Shown here piece by piece: positions 1 to 10,541 of a stretch of 64,000 nucleotides of DNA. Numbering within the stretch: the stretch's first letter is position 1; the number at the start of each line of letters is the position of its first letter. The stretch is from IMG/VR virus record IMGVR_UViG_2061766007_000872; one strand, given 5' to 3'. This DNA is from an uncultured virus (IMG/VR IMGVR_UViG_2061766007_000872) (lineage: Duplodnaviria; Heunggongvirae; Uroviricota; Caudoviricetes). The position numbers and the translations under genes were made by a program. Below the pieces are notes generated by a model. It was not told where the DNA came from. It made no database searches and was given only the letters and a program-made list of their open reading frames with translations.

Positions 1-1
1 T

Positions 2-3000
2 ACTGAAAATAGTGAAAATGATGAATCACTATTTTATGATTTCTTTAGAGATTGTAAATATAATTCATTCTCAAAATTAAGTCAATGGAATAGTATATAT
101 GAAGATATTTTTGGTGAAGATTATGATGAAGAAGATGAGTTATATTCGTTCAGTGAGTGGTGTAGACAAATTGTATTGAGAGATTATTTAGAGTCTAACG
201 GCTATGATGGAATTTATTATTCAGATGAAGATGGCACTGAACAATATCAAATTTGGAATTTAGATGCACTTAAATCGCATAGTGGTGAGATAGAATCTCT
301 AGATGAAGAAAAAGCAATCACATGGGGTGACTTAGATGTTGCAAAGAAAACAGATACTAGAAGAATGATGAGTGGTAGAGGTACTGGTCATTTTGGTACT
401 GGTTTCTATTTTGTTGGAAAAGAAGGACCTTATGGCTTAGATAAAAATAACAACATTAAAGGTTATGACTATGAACCAAGTAGACCTATCTATGAAATTG
501 ATTTAGATAAATACAATCTCTATAAACCAAAAGATAATGATAGTGCTTATAGATTACATGATGCTATGGCTAGTATTAACAACTACTATAGTCCAGATAT
601 GAACAAATTCTTATTCTCTAACATTGATGCAGATGCACTTATGAATAGTTTTTATGATGCAGTTGCAAATCTAGATGAAGATGTTGAGGATGATGATTTT
701 GATGATTTAGATTTTGACTTTGATGATGTTGAAGACACAGAAGAAGATGATGTAGAAAAAGATTCAACTAAAGACAATTCAAAATATATTGATGTTGCAA
801 AATCATGGATTGAGAATAATGGCTTAACTGATTGGATAAATACTGGTTATGATGACTTAGACACCTGGCTAGATAAAAATAAAAACAAATTAGGTTTAAT
901 TGAAAGAGGTGTTGAAGATGCAATTGACAACAGAGATAAATATTTAGGCTATGTTGAATATGCTATTGATGTATTATGTAAAGCATTTAATACTGATAGA
1001 AATACATTAATGACAATGTGTAAAGCATTCTATAACATGAAGAGTGATGATACAATCTCAACACTATTATTTAAAGAATTTGGATATGAAGGTGTTGATG
1101 TTACACACTTAAATCATGATGCTCAAGGTCTTAGTGGTCTTGATAACTTTGGATATGGTACAGTTATCTATGACTTAAAGCCTGGTACATTTAAGAAGAT
1201 AGTTGAACCTAGAAGAGGTGGAAGTATACATGCAAAAGCAGGTGAATCTTTAGATGAAGAAGTCAAAGATAATGTTTTAGATGCTTTAGATAAAGAATTT
1301 GGACAAGAAGAACTTTATATGTGGTCAACTTATATTCTTCCTAATGGACATTTCTTGAATCCAGATAAAGGTAATCTTGAAGACCCTCAATATGAACATT
1401 GTGATTTTGAAGATTGGGCTTATCAAAATGGTTACAACACTCAAGATATTTATGATAATTGTATCAAGATGAATGTTACTTATCCATATTTAAGTATGCC
1501 AGATAAAGCAAGACCTACACAAGGACAATTTAATGCTGTTAGAAAAATATTAAATAGAAAAGATTTATTTGAACCAGAAGGTAGTTTTTATTGGTATGAT
1601 ATCTTTCCAAAAGAAAAGGTAGATAGCAAAGGTGAAAATCTTCTAGCAGTCTATACGCCTAAAGGTGATGAGTTATTTGATTTAGATGTTAGTGATGCTG
1701 ATGATATCATTAGAGCAATTAATCAAGCATATGTTAGAGGCTCTTTCTTAGGTGAAGAATTAGATGAAGATATTGATGACAAGTTACAAAGATGGCAAAA
1801 TGGTCTTGAACCTTTTGAAAATGTTTTTGATAAAGATGATATAGAGTATTTCAATAAAAATTTACAAACAACTACAACTGCTCTCTATAGATGTCAAATG
1901 AAAAAAGATACACCTAATTTAAAAGTTGGTGATGTCTTAGATTTTGATAGATATAGAAGTTTTAGTAAAACTGAAGCAGGTTTCTATGATGTCATGTTTA
2001 TGTGGGATGATTCATCTTTTGAAGATGATGTTGTTTGTTTTAAAACTGAAGGTGAAGTAAAATATTTTGACACAAAAAATAAATTCACAAAAGATATTCA
2101 TGCTGATGATTATGAATTTGGTGATTCTTTAGATACACAAGAAGAAGTATTTGTTAAAGGTAAATTTAAAATCATTAGAGAAGAAGAGGTGTATGATGAC
2201 TATATTGAGGTGTATCATAAGTTATTTGTAATTAAATACATTGATGATAAAGACTTAAATGAATACTTTGATACAGTAGAGGATAGTGGAGAAAAATATC
2301 GTAACTATGAAGTTTTAGATAGTGCTCCTATCTTTGTTACAGACGAAGTATACAAAATTAAAAATATGCTTGAGAATGATAACACTCCTTATAGAATTTT
2401 ATACTTGAATAAACAAAGATGTTATCTTATTCAAAATGCATTAGGAAATAAGACTCATTACGATATGTTTAAAACAGCATCACAAGAATTATTCATATCA
2501 GAGGATGACTACTTTGATGATGAGGACTATTTTGTCTTTATTCCAAAAGACTTTAATGGAAAATTAAGATATCATACAAGTTTGGGTGAGGATAACTATG
2601 ATGAATGCAGAGTTTATCCTTACGGCATTGTTTTTGTTAGAGATTCATATGCATATAATAACAAGTTTATCCAAGCACTAGGAGAACCAGAAAGAGAATT
2701 GTATTATGACCCACTAAGTGAAAAAGTAACAATAGTTAAAGGAAATACAGAAAAAGTTGTAGATGTTGAGGATGATTTAGGTGATGAACCAAATAATGCA
2801 CTTACATATGATGTTGATTCCAATGAATCTAAAGCAGACTTACCTGAGGATGTTACTATTAGAATAGTTCATGACCTAAATTTAACATATGATGAGTTTA
2901 AAACAATGGATAATGAAAATGTTTTTAATATTATTAAAGAGTTTTTACATTCTTTGTATAATTCAACTCCTAAAAACTTTGATTGGGGAAATAGTCCAAC

Positions 3001-3034
3001 AACAATTTTTGTTAGAGATATAGAGTGGGAATAG
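2..3034 (+). CDS. Large acidic multi-module protein (5'-truncated), putative internal head polyprotein with ADP-ribosyltransferase-like modules
   Basis: Frame is open from nt 2, so the TTG at 176 is not the true start. Contains GYDGI..E.QIW and GTGFYF...GYEGV segments, an LYR...SFS...QEE (R-S-E) ART signature, and ESLDEE linkers at 293 and 1244. Confidence 0.7.
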   Translation, partial: TENSENDESLFYDFFRDCKYNSFSKLSQWNSIYEDIFGEDYDEEDELYSFSEWCRQIVLRDYLESNGYDGIYYSDEDGTEQYQIWNLDALKSHSGEIESLDEEKAITWGDLDVAKKTDTRRMMSGRGTGHFGTGFYFVGKEGPYGLDKNNNIKGYDYEPSRPIYEIDLDKYNLYKPKDNDSAYRLHDAMASINNYYSPDMNKFLFSNIDADALMNSFYDAVANLDEDVEDDDFDDLDFDFDDVEDTEEDDVEKDSTKDNSKYIDVAKSWIENNGLTDWINTGYDDLDTWLDKNKNKLGLIERGVEDAIDNRDKYLGYVEYAIDVLCKAFNTDRNTLMTMCKAFYNMKSDDTISTLLFKEFGYEGVDVTHLNHDAQGLSGLDNFGYGTVIYDLKPGTFKKIVEPRRGGSIHAKAGESLDEEVKDNVLDALDKEFGQEELYMWSTYILPNGHFLNPDKGNLEDPQYEHCDFEDWAYQNGYNTQDIYDNCIKMNVTYPYLSMPDKARPTQGQFNAVRKILNRKDLFEPEGSFYWYDIFPKEKVDSKGENLLAVYTPKGDELFDLDVSDADDIIRAINQAYVRGSFLGEELDEDIDDKLQRWQNGLEPFENVFDKDDIEYFNKNLQTTTTALYRCQMKKDTPNLKVGDVLDFDRYRSFSKTEAGFYDVMFMWDDSSFEDDVVCFKTEGEVKYFDTKNKFTKDIHADDYEFGDSLDTQEEVFVKGKFKIIREEEVYDDYIEVYHKLFVIKYIDDKDLNEYFDTVEDSGEKYRNYEVLDSAPIFVTDEVYKIKNMLENDNTPYRILYLNKQRCYLIQNALGNKTHYDMFKTASQELFISEDDYFDDEDYFVFIPKDFNGKLRYHTSLGEDNYDECRVYPYGIVFVRDSYAYNNKFIQALGEPERELYYDPLSEKVTIVKGNTEKVVDVEDDLGDEPNNALTYDVDSNESKADLPEDVTIRIVHDLNLTYDEFKTMDNENVFNIIKEFLHSLYNSTPKNFDWGNSPTTIFVRDIEWE

Positions 3035-3051
3035 TGCTAAATTTTAAGATA
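3035..3051 (+). promoter_or_regulatory. TGCTAAATT motif, putative phage late promoter
   Basis: TGCTAAATTTTAAGATA, intergenic, just upstream of ATG 3062; one of 11 copies. Confidence 0.7.
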
Positions 3052-3061
3052 GAGAGAATTT

Positions 3062-6000
3062 ATGAGAACTAAAATTTATGAAGAATCAGATTACAATGTG
3101 ATGCTTAAAACTTTAGAAGAATTAACTCAAGGCTATGATTCTGAAGGAAATAAAGTTGCTGCGTATTTTGATGTTCATGAGTTAATGGATAATTTCGGCA
3201 TCACAATGGAAGAGGCAATTGACATTGCAGAGAATAATGGATATAATGTATTTAGGTTACCAGGTGGTGATAACTTAGTTAATCAAGTAGTTATTGCACA
3301 TGGTGATTTATCTTATGGTGATATAGTCAAAGAAGAAGAATCTGAGATTGAAGTTGATGATTCAGTTGATGCGGAGGATAGCAACATGCATAAACAAAGA
3401 CATGAAGATTTAAAAGAAGAAGTTGATGTTTCAATAATTGGAAAACCAGTTAAATATAGAAATGAAGAATGCACAATCAAAGATGTAGTAGAAGAAGATG
3501 ATGACGCAGTTATAATTCTTTCTAATGGCAAACAACTCTTAGCAAGTATTTGTGTTGCTAGAGGAACTCTTACAAGTGATGATGCAGATGTCAATGCATT
3601 TTTAGATAAATTCAAAGATGAAGAAGAACCAGAAGTTGAACCTGAACCAGAGAAAGAACCAGAAAAAGCAGTTGATAGCAAAGATGCAGTAATTCAACAA
3701 GCATTAAACGATGCTAGAGAAGATTGGGAAGAATATAAAGAATCTTCTCCAATGTTTAAGATGGTTAAAAAAGCAAGAAAGACTGGTAAATATGATAATA
3801 TTCCTACAGCATATCCAGAACTATATGCTGATACATATTATAAAGAATTTGATAGACTTATACACTCAGTTGAAAGTAAACTTGCAAAGAATTATGCAGG
3901 TATTATTGAAAGAACATATCCAGGTGAAGTTGATGAGTTAATTTTTTGGTTAAGACAAGCAATTACAAATATTCATGTTACATCTGGTGATGCCACAATG
4001 GCAATTACTCAAGAAAGAGTTGACTTCTTTAATGATAGAGATGGAACAAATGCTACAATTAGCAGACAAAACAATAAAATCTTTAGTTCTTGGATTGCAG
4101 ATTTAACTCAAAAAGAAGACATACTTAAAGATATGCCTATTGAAGTTTTAGATTGGAAGATTGATAAGAATAATGGTAGAGCATTTGAAGAAGATGAATT
4201 AGGTTTAGTTTACAATAAAAACAATAATGAATTAGGTTCAAATGCAGTTGTTTTAGATTTACTTTATGAATATGACTTTAAGTTAGGTAAACAAAAAACA
4301 AATGAAGAACTTGAAGAAGGTCTTAATAGAGATGTTAGAATTGAATACAATGACTTAGAAGTTGAACTTGATACTGAAGATGGTTTAAGAACAAAAACAT
4401 TTCACAATGTATCCTATATTGCAGATAGATATGATGTCTTAGAAGCATTGGAAAGAATTACCGACATTGACATTGATGAATTAGATGAAAGACTTGACTA
4501 TTATGTTGAAAAGTATTATGAAGATTTGAAAGATGTGTTCTATGATGCTGCAGCAAAGGCACAAGCAGAAGACTATGAAGAAAATCCAGAGGTCTATGCT
4601 TATCAACCAAGTTATGAAGATGAATCATTAAATGAGGATGTTTCATATGATAAGAAATATCTAGGTGATTTTAATACAAAATATAAAGAAACATTAATTG
4701 ACCAATATAAAAATGATGATGCTTGGTTTGTTAAAGTTAATGGTTGGGATAAAGATGGCAACAAATACAAAAATCCTATAGATACAGCAACTACTTTTGA
4801 TAATGCTTATAAGGCATTTGTTGACTTTGATGCTTCAAATTGCTCTATGAGTTGTTTTGTTAATCTTGTATGTAGAGAAGAAGTAGATGAGGATGAAACT
4901 GATATAGATTACTCACGTATTGATAGAGTTGTAATGAAGAGATATATCTACAACGGTGTAGAGAAATTAGATGAAAGTCTTGATTTACATGATGAGGTCT
5001 TTAATCTCTTCAGTGGTGAGAGAAGTGACGAAGAAGTTGATGCATATATTAAAAACATTAAAGACACACACAACTTCAAGTCTGATAAAGAATGTTTAGA
5101 CTATATTAAAGATAATTTGAATGAAGAACTTGAAGAAGATGCAAATGATGAAGTTGTTGAAGAAACAAATGAATATAAAATTGTTAAGACAATTCAACAC
5201 AATTTCAAGACAGTAAATGGTGTTGCTAGAAAAGGTAAAGATAAAGTTATTTATCAAGTTTATTTTAGAACACAAGATTACAATCCAGCAGTTGGTAGAT
5301 GGATGAATAGAGGTTGGACAAATTCAACTTCTGAACATGACTCAATTGAATCTGCTAGAGCATATGTTAAAAAATATGGTAAAGAATTAAAAGAAGATGT
5401 AAAAGAAATTCAAGTTAGAGATAATGAGAATATAGAAAAAGATGCAGAAGAATGTCCTCTTCCTTTAGAAATGATTCCTAATGAAATGGGTATCAATCTT
5501 TCTAATGTTGAAAAAGTTAAATGGGATGAGCAAGAAGATGGTCAACTAAAGAAGATTGAAATTGACTTTAATCCTGCAGATGAGTTAGAAGAAGGTATTA
5601 TGGGCGTATCTGGTATTAATGATGCGACTGCAAATAAAGAATTATTGAAAATTCTTCCATCAGATTTAAGAGCAAAAGAAATACATCTTGACTTAGGCAA
5701 TCAAAATTGTATTTTTACTCCATTATCAATTAAACAAGCAACTGAAATACTTAAAAATAATGGTTGGATAAAACCTAGAGATATTTCTTCATTAAGAAAA
5801 CAAGAATATGATGTAGGTGACAAATATAGATATAGTGTTTATACAAATGACCCTTATAGTACAACAGATATTTTATCTGAACCTAATTTATCAACAGTAC
5901 CTCAATATTGGTTTGATATTGTTCTAGGTCAAGATGATTTAGCATTCAATAGAAAGACAAACAAGCCTGCTACAAACATTACTATTTTAGGTTGGGGTGA

Positions 6001-7100
6001 GAATAAAAAACAAGAGTCTATAGAAGAAGATATTGAGAAACATGATACATTAAATCAAAAACTCTTTGATGGTGAAGAATTAAAACCTGAAATTAAAGAG
6101 AAGATTGAACAAATTGCTTATCAGTTTGTCAATGAATTAAATGAAGATGGCATTAGATTCACACTTAAAGATATTGTCTTATTAGGCAGTAATGTTTCTT
6201 ATAACTATACAAAAGATAGTGACTTAGACATCCACTTAATTGCAGATTCAAGTGGCTTAGAATGTCCAGACAACTTATATCCACTTCTTTATAGTGCATA
6301 TAGAAGTATGTTCAACAAGAACTATGACATCAAGATTAAAGGTATTCCAGCAGAAATCTATGTTGAAATGGATGAACCAGTTGCAAAGAGTAACGGCATC
6401 TATTCTTTAAATAATGGTTGGTTAAAGAAACCTGAACAAAGAGATATTCCAGACTTAGATGAAGAAGCATTTGATAAACTCTTCAATGAGTGGGAAGATA
6501 AATACTTTGAATTAATGGAAAAAGATGCTACAAGTGAAGATATAGAAAACTTCATTGAAGACTTATATGATTTAAGAAAAGAATCAATAGCAACAGAAGG
6601 TGAATATGGCCTTGGTAATCTAGTCTTCAAAGAATTTAGAAATATTGGTTACTTAGATGGCTTAAAAGAATTAAGAAAAGAGAAGAAAGGTAAAGAACTT
6701 TCTCTTGAACAATTAGAAGAAGATGCTAAGGAATCAAAGTTCTATGATACATTAGATACTGGTGCTACATTTGATTTAAATACTCTTNNNNNNNNNNNNN
6801 GTATATATTGTTCCTGTTGACTCTAAGAATTGGGATGATGAAAAACCTACATTAGAAGAATTTAATAAAGAGTTTTATAAATTTGTAAATGCTTATAGAG
6901 GAAAGAATGATAGAAAGTATGTCATAGGCACATATCATAATGAAGATACTGGTAGATATTCTATTGATATCAGTATTATTTTACCTGATAATGATGATAC
7001 AGCATTTGAAATTATAGATGACACTCAAGAAGAATTAGGACATCTTGATTCAGAAGGTAACTATGAAGATGTTAAGAATCCTAAATACAAAGCAAAGTAA
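3062..7100 (+). CDS. Large acidic multi-module protein with a pol-beta-family nucleotidyltransferase module
   Basis: ORF 3062..6820 resumes after the N-gap (6788-6800) as VYIVPVDSKNW...KYKAK* ending at 7100. Contains LLGSNVSYNYTKDSDLDIH (GS...DxD) and many LxE linkers. Confidence 0.7.
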
Positions 7101-7104
7101 TTCT

Positions 7105-7121
7105 TGCTAAATTAAATGATA
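7105..7121 (+). promoter_or_regulatory. TGCTAAATT motif, putative late promoter
   Basis: TGCTAAATTAAATGATA, intergenic. Confidence 0.7.
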
Positions 7122-7156
7122 AAGTATATAATTTTGTATAAACGGAGAAATTTAAT

Positions 7157-7983
7157 ATGAATGATATTAAAGAACTTGCAAAATGGCTAAAAGATGAAGT
7201 TGAATTCCTCAAAGCAAATCAAGATTATGTTGGTGGCTGGTATGACTTGGGTAATGGTCTTGCCGCAACAGTTCTTTGGGAAGATGGTTGGGGAGATGAA
7301 GCAAGNNNNNNNNNNNNNNNNNNNNNNNNNATTGGGCATTATGTGCAGGTGTTATGGTAATTAATAAAGATGACACACCAGATGGTTGGTTTATGCCTTG
7401 GGATAGTAAAACTGGTGATTTACTTTGTGAAACTACTGGCATTACTCCTAATGAAGACTATGAAAAACTTGCTAGTTGGCTATTAGATGATTTCAATAGA
7501 CTTAAAGGTGCTGATATCAAATCAAACGGTGAAACAATTTTTGGTGACCCAGAAAGAGAACCAGAAGCACTGGTAGAAACATCTGTTGAAGTTGAGGAAG
7601 AATCTTGTGAGTCTTGTAATAAAGAAGACAAGAAACCTATAAAAGAAGAAAATGAAATCCATAATTCTCCATATAAAGATATTATTGCAGAATATTTTGA
7701 CTATAGCGGTGATATGGAATTCTTAGATATCGTTGCATCTTGTCTAGAAAGAGTTGAAGACTTTGAAGACGATGAAGATATCTATAGCGCAATAGATGAT
7801 GAATTAATTTATACATATGACCAGTGGAAAGTTCTAGAACACTATTGTACTCCACAAGAAGCAAATTGGGATAGTGCATATAGTGATTTCATGAGTGATA
7901 TTTTTGCTATTTGTTCTAGAATTGCTGGTATGAATAATAAAGAAGATGACTTAGAAGAACCTGAAGAAGGAGAAGAAGATTAA
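7157..7983 (+). CDS. Acidic hypothetical protein (one gene split by an N-gap)
   Basis: GGAG RBS before ATG 7157; ORFs 7157..7360 and 7354..7983 flank the gap at 7306-7330. Confidence 0.6.
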
Positions 7984-9485
7984 TGGATAAGAAAATTAAT
8001 GAAGAAGTCCAAGAAGAGGCTTATAAGATTGCTGACCATATTTTAGATGCAATTAAAGATAGAGACACAATCACTAAAGATGAGTTTGAAGAACAAATTG
8101 CATTAGCATGTAGAGAACTCTATGGAATTGATAATGTTTGGGAAACAATGGACCATGAAAAAGGTTTAGCGACAATTAATGATAAGCAATTTGATATGAG
8201 TGACTTAGATGCAGATATTAGAGGAATTCTTAGTTATAAAGGATGGGCTACTGATTTTAAAGATGGTGACTTAACAACTAAAGAAATTGAAAATGAATCT
8301 TTGAAAGAAGATGCAAATGAGCCTAAATTAGAAACATTTGAAGAAAAGATTGATTTCTTAGTTAAGGATGAAGACGAAGCAATTGCTGGCTATGACAAGA
8401 TTATTGCCATGTTAGGTGATGACAGTGCCAATGCCATTGAACAATTAACACATATTAAAGAAGAAGAAATTGCACATAAAGACTTCTTAGAAGTTCTTAA
8501 GAAAGACCCAAGTGCTATCTATAATCATGAAGATGAAGAAGAACATGATGAATCTTTAAAAGAAACTTTAGAATTTGATGCAATGGAAGACCTCAAAAGT
8601 GAAGTCTATCATGCTCTTTCAGAAATCTATGCTAAGTATGAACTAAAAGGTGCTACACTCAACGAGTTTGACTCCGCAGTTGATTTTGCAACTATTCATA
8701 TGAGAGATGAATTTGGTGAATCTTTAAAAGAAGATACTGAAGTTGAAGCAGAAGTTAAAGTTGAAGAGCCAAAAGAAGAAGAACCAGTTGAAGAACATCC
8801 AATTGAAACAACAGTAGAAGAAGTTAAAGAAATTGCTTCTGAAGTTGCAAATAAAGTTGTAGAACCAGTTTCTACTGAAGAAGAAGCAGATGAACAACAA
8901 GAAGCAATTGAAGAAATAGTTGATGAAGTTGTTGATGATAAATTCGGTGAAGATGATGACTTTGATGATGAAGATGAAAAGATTGTCAGAGACAATGATG
9001 AAGTCATTGATTTAGATGATATTGATGATGACTTCGGTTTTGATGAAGAATTAAAAGAAGATACAGTCAAGAAAGACAACAAATGGGTAAATAAAGGTAA
9101 AGAAGGTACTCACGGTGAATTCAAGACTAAGAAAGAAGCAGATGCTCAAAGAAGAGCCATGTTCGCTAATGGTTATCATGAAGAAGTTGAAGAAGACTTT
9201 GATGATGACTTTGGTGGTGGTAGTGATAAGTTTGTTCCAGGTGAAGCAGAACACTTTGGTGTTACAGTGAATTGGGATGACATGGATGATGTTGAAGAAG
9301 AAGATACTAAGATGTTTAAGAAAGTCATTAAGAGTACAGATGATGAAATCTTAGACAAACATTTTGGTAAAGATACACCTGAAAGAAAATTAGTTGGTGC
9401 TATTAAAAAAGACATTGATGAAGAAACACATGAAACAGGTCATATCAAAGCAAAGAAACCAATTGAATTAAGAGCAAGAAGATAA
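7983..9485 (+). CDS. Acidic multi-module protein with a ferritin-like (ExxH) half-domain; putative prohead core/internal protein
   Basis: ESLKE three times (8295, 8550, 8718); DEDEAIAGY...EEEIAH module. Confidence 0.65.
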   Translation: MDKKINEEVQEEAYKIADHILDAIKDRDTITKDEFEEQIALACRELYGIDNVWETMDHEKGLATINDKQFDMSDLDADIRGILSYKGWATDFKDGDLTTKEIENESLKEDANEPKLETFEEKIDFLVKDEDEAIAGYDKIIAMLGDDSANAIEQLTHIKEEEIAHKDFLEVLKKDPSAIYNHEDEEEHDESLKETLEFDAMEDLKSEVYHALSEIYAKYELKGATLNEFDSAVDFATIHMRDEFGESLKEDTEVEAEVKVEEPKEEEPVEEHPIETTVEEVKEIASEVANKVVEPVSTEEEADEQQEAIEEIVDEVVDDKFGEDDDFDDEDEKIVRDNDEVIDLDDIDDDFGFDEELKEDTVKKDNKWVNKGKEGTHGEFKTKKEADAQRRAMFANGYHEEVEEDFDDDFGGGSDKFVPGEAEHFGVTVNWDDMDDVEEEDTKMFKKVIKSTDDEILDKHFGKDTPERKLVGAIKKDIDEETHETGHIKAKKPIELRARR

Positions 9486-9492
9486 ACAATAC

Positions 9493-9522
9493 TTGACAAT
9501 TAATATAAGAGAGATGTATAAT
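9493..9522 (+). promoter_or_regulatory. sigmaA-type promoter
   Basis: TTGACA-18 nt-TATAAT; overlaps a terminator-like hairpin. Confidence 0.45.
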
Positions 9523-9544
9523 ATCATATGCATCTTTTTTATTT
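9512..9544 (+). terminator. Intrinsic terminator
   Basis: AGATGTATA/TATGCATCT stem followed by a T-run, just after stop 9485. Confidence 0.55.
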
Positions 9545-9550
9545 ACAAAA

Positions 9551-9567
9551 TGCTAAATTAAACAAAA
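9551..9567 (+). promoter_or_regulatory. TGCTAAATT motif upstream of the RNA island
   Basis: TGCTAAATTAAACAAAA; 3' half diverges from the consensus. Confidence 0.55.
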
Positions 9568-9573
9568 TAACTA

Positions 9574-9602
9574 TTGCAATTTGAAAAATAAATTGTATAA
9601 TA
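9574..9602 (+). promoter_or_regulatory. sigmaA-like / TTGTATAATA promoter for the RNA island
   Basis: TTGCAA-16 nt-TATAAT. Confidence 0.55.
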
Positions 9603-9633
9603 GTATATAGATAATGCACAGAGTTGCTTTATC

Positions 9634-9696
9634 GGGCATGTGAGTAGTATTCCTCCTTTTCAAAATTAAATAATTCATTGACTAAATCACATGCTT
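9634..9696 (+). ncRNA. Hairpin presenting an anti-Shine-Dalgarno (UCCUCCUUU) loop
   Basis: GCATGTGA (9636-43) pairs with TCACATGC (9687-94); loop contains TCCTCCTTT (9651-59). Confidence 0.4.
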
Positions 9697-9766
9697 AGCC
9701 GAGAAAGTTTGGACATAAGTTCACTTTCCAGGGTTTGTAAGTTTTCCCTAAAAACTTACTTGACAT

Positions 9767-9841
9767 CGCAGGGTGGAACAGTGGTAGTTTGCTAGGCTCA
9801 TAACCTAGAGGTCGGTGGTTCAATCCCATCCCCTGCAACCA
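9767..9841 (+). tRNA. tRNA-Met(CAT), initiator (fMet) type
   Basis: Cloverleaf: acceptor CGCAGGG/CCCTGCA with C1:A72 mismatch, A11-U24 pair, anticodon arm CTAGG-CTCATAA-CCTAG, T arm GGTGG-TTCAATC-CCATC, encoded CCA. Confidence 0.95.
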
Positions 9842-9875
9842 ATTGAATATCCTTAGGCTTTATAGTCTAACGGTG

Positions 9876-10541
9876 ATAGATGGTAGGATTACCAGTCAAC
9901 CACAGTAACTGGTCGGGACCCTATATGGACGTTAACCGTAGGAGTGTTGACACTTCAGTGCACTAACAAGTGTTAGCACTGGTTATTTAAGTCTAGAAAT
10001 AGACACAAGACAAATGGAGTGGGACACCATTACCCACAGGGCTGAGCAACCTTATGTTCAATGCTTAGGACATTAACCTTTGCTTCAAATGGTAAGTAAA
10101 CCAGTGAGAGTAATTAACTCATTGAAGGATAAGAAGCATAAACAATATTGCTAGGGGTGTCAGTAATTAAGACATCCCTTGATTGGTAATTACATCTCAT
10201 GATGTGGTTATAAAAGTCTAAACATTGGGTAGAAATATTCGGTCGTTTAGGATTATGAGTCTTCATGATTCATAAGCACGGAGGCACACCCTCTATGATA
10301 TAAAGCACGGTGAACTGCCGTTGACGAATGTCAGATTATGAAGGAAGTGTTACCTTCTGATATGAGCAAATCTATCTCACTATGCTTAGGACAATAACCT
10401 TGAAGATGAAAGCACAGATATCAAATAAGTCTTCTAAACAATTTAATTCCTAGTCCCAGCCTTGTGCGTAAGTGGTCGGTGCTCCAGGTAAGTGGAGAAA
10501 AGTAGAATAGACTACGAACAAATCTTACCTACCTCATCTAT
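9876..10541 (+). ncRNA. Candidate large structured ncRNA (~670 nt; ROOL/GOLLD-like context)
   Basis: No long ORF and higher GC than flanks. Ends pair (ATAGATG/CATCTAT; GTAGGATT/AATCTTAC), GNRA-capped hairpins, an internal duplicated module, and it starts ~35 nt after the tRNA. Confidence 0.7.

Noticed and set aside
9571..9639. Minus-strand 22 aa hydrophobic ORF (MPDKATLCIIYILLYNLFFKLQ) after AAAAGGAGG, like a type I toxin
   Set aside because: SD-ATG spacing is 12 nt, the ORF overlaps + strand promoter boxes, and AT-rich DNA gives such peptides by chance. Not fully excluded.
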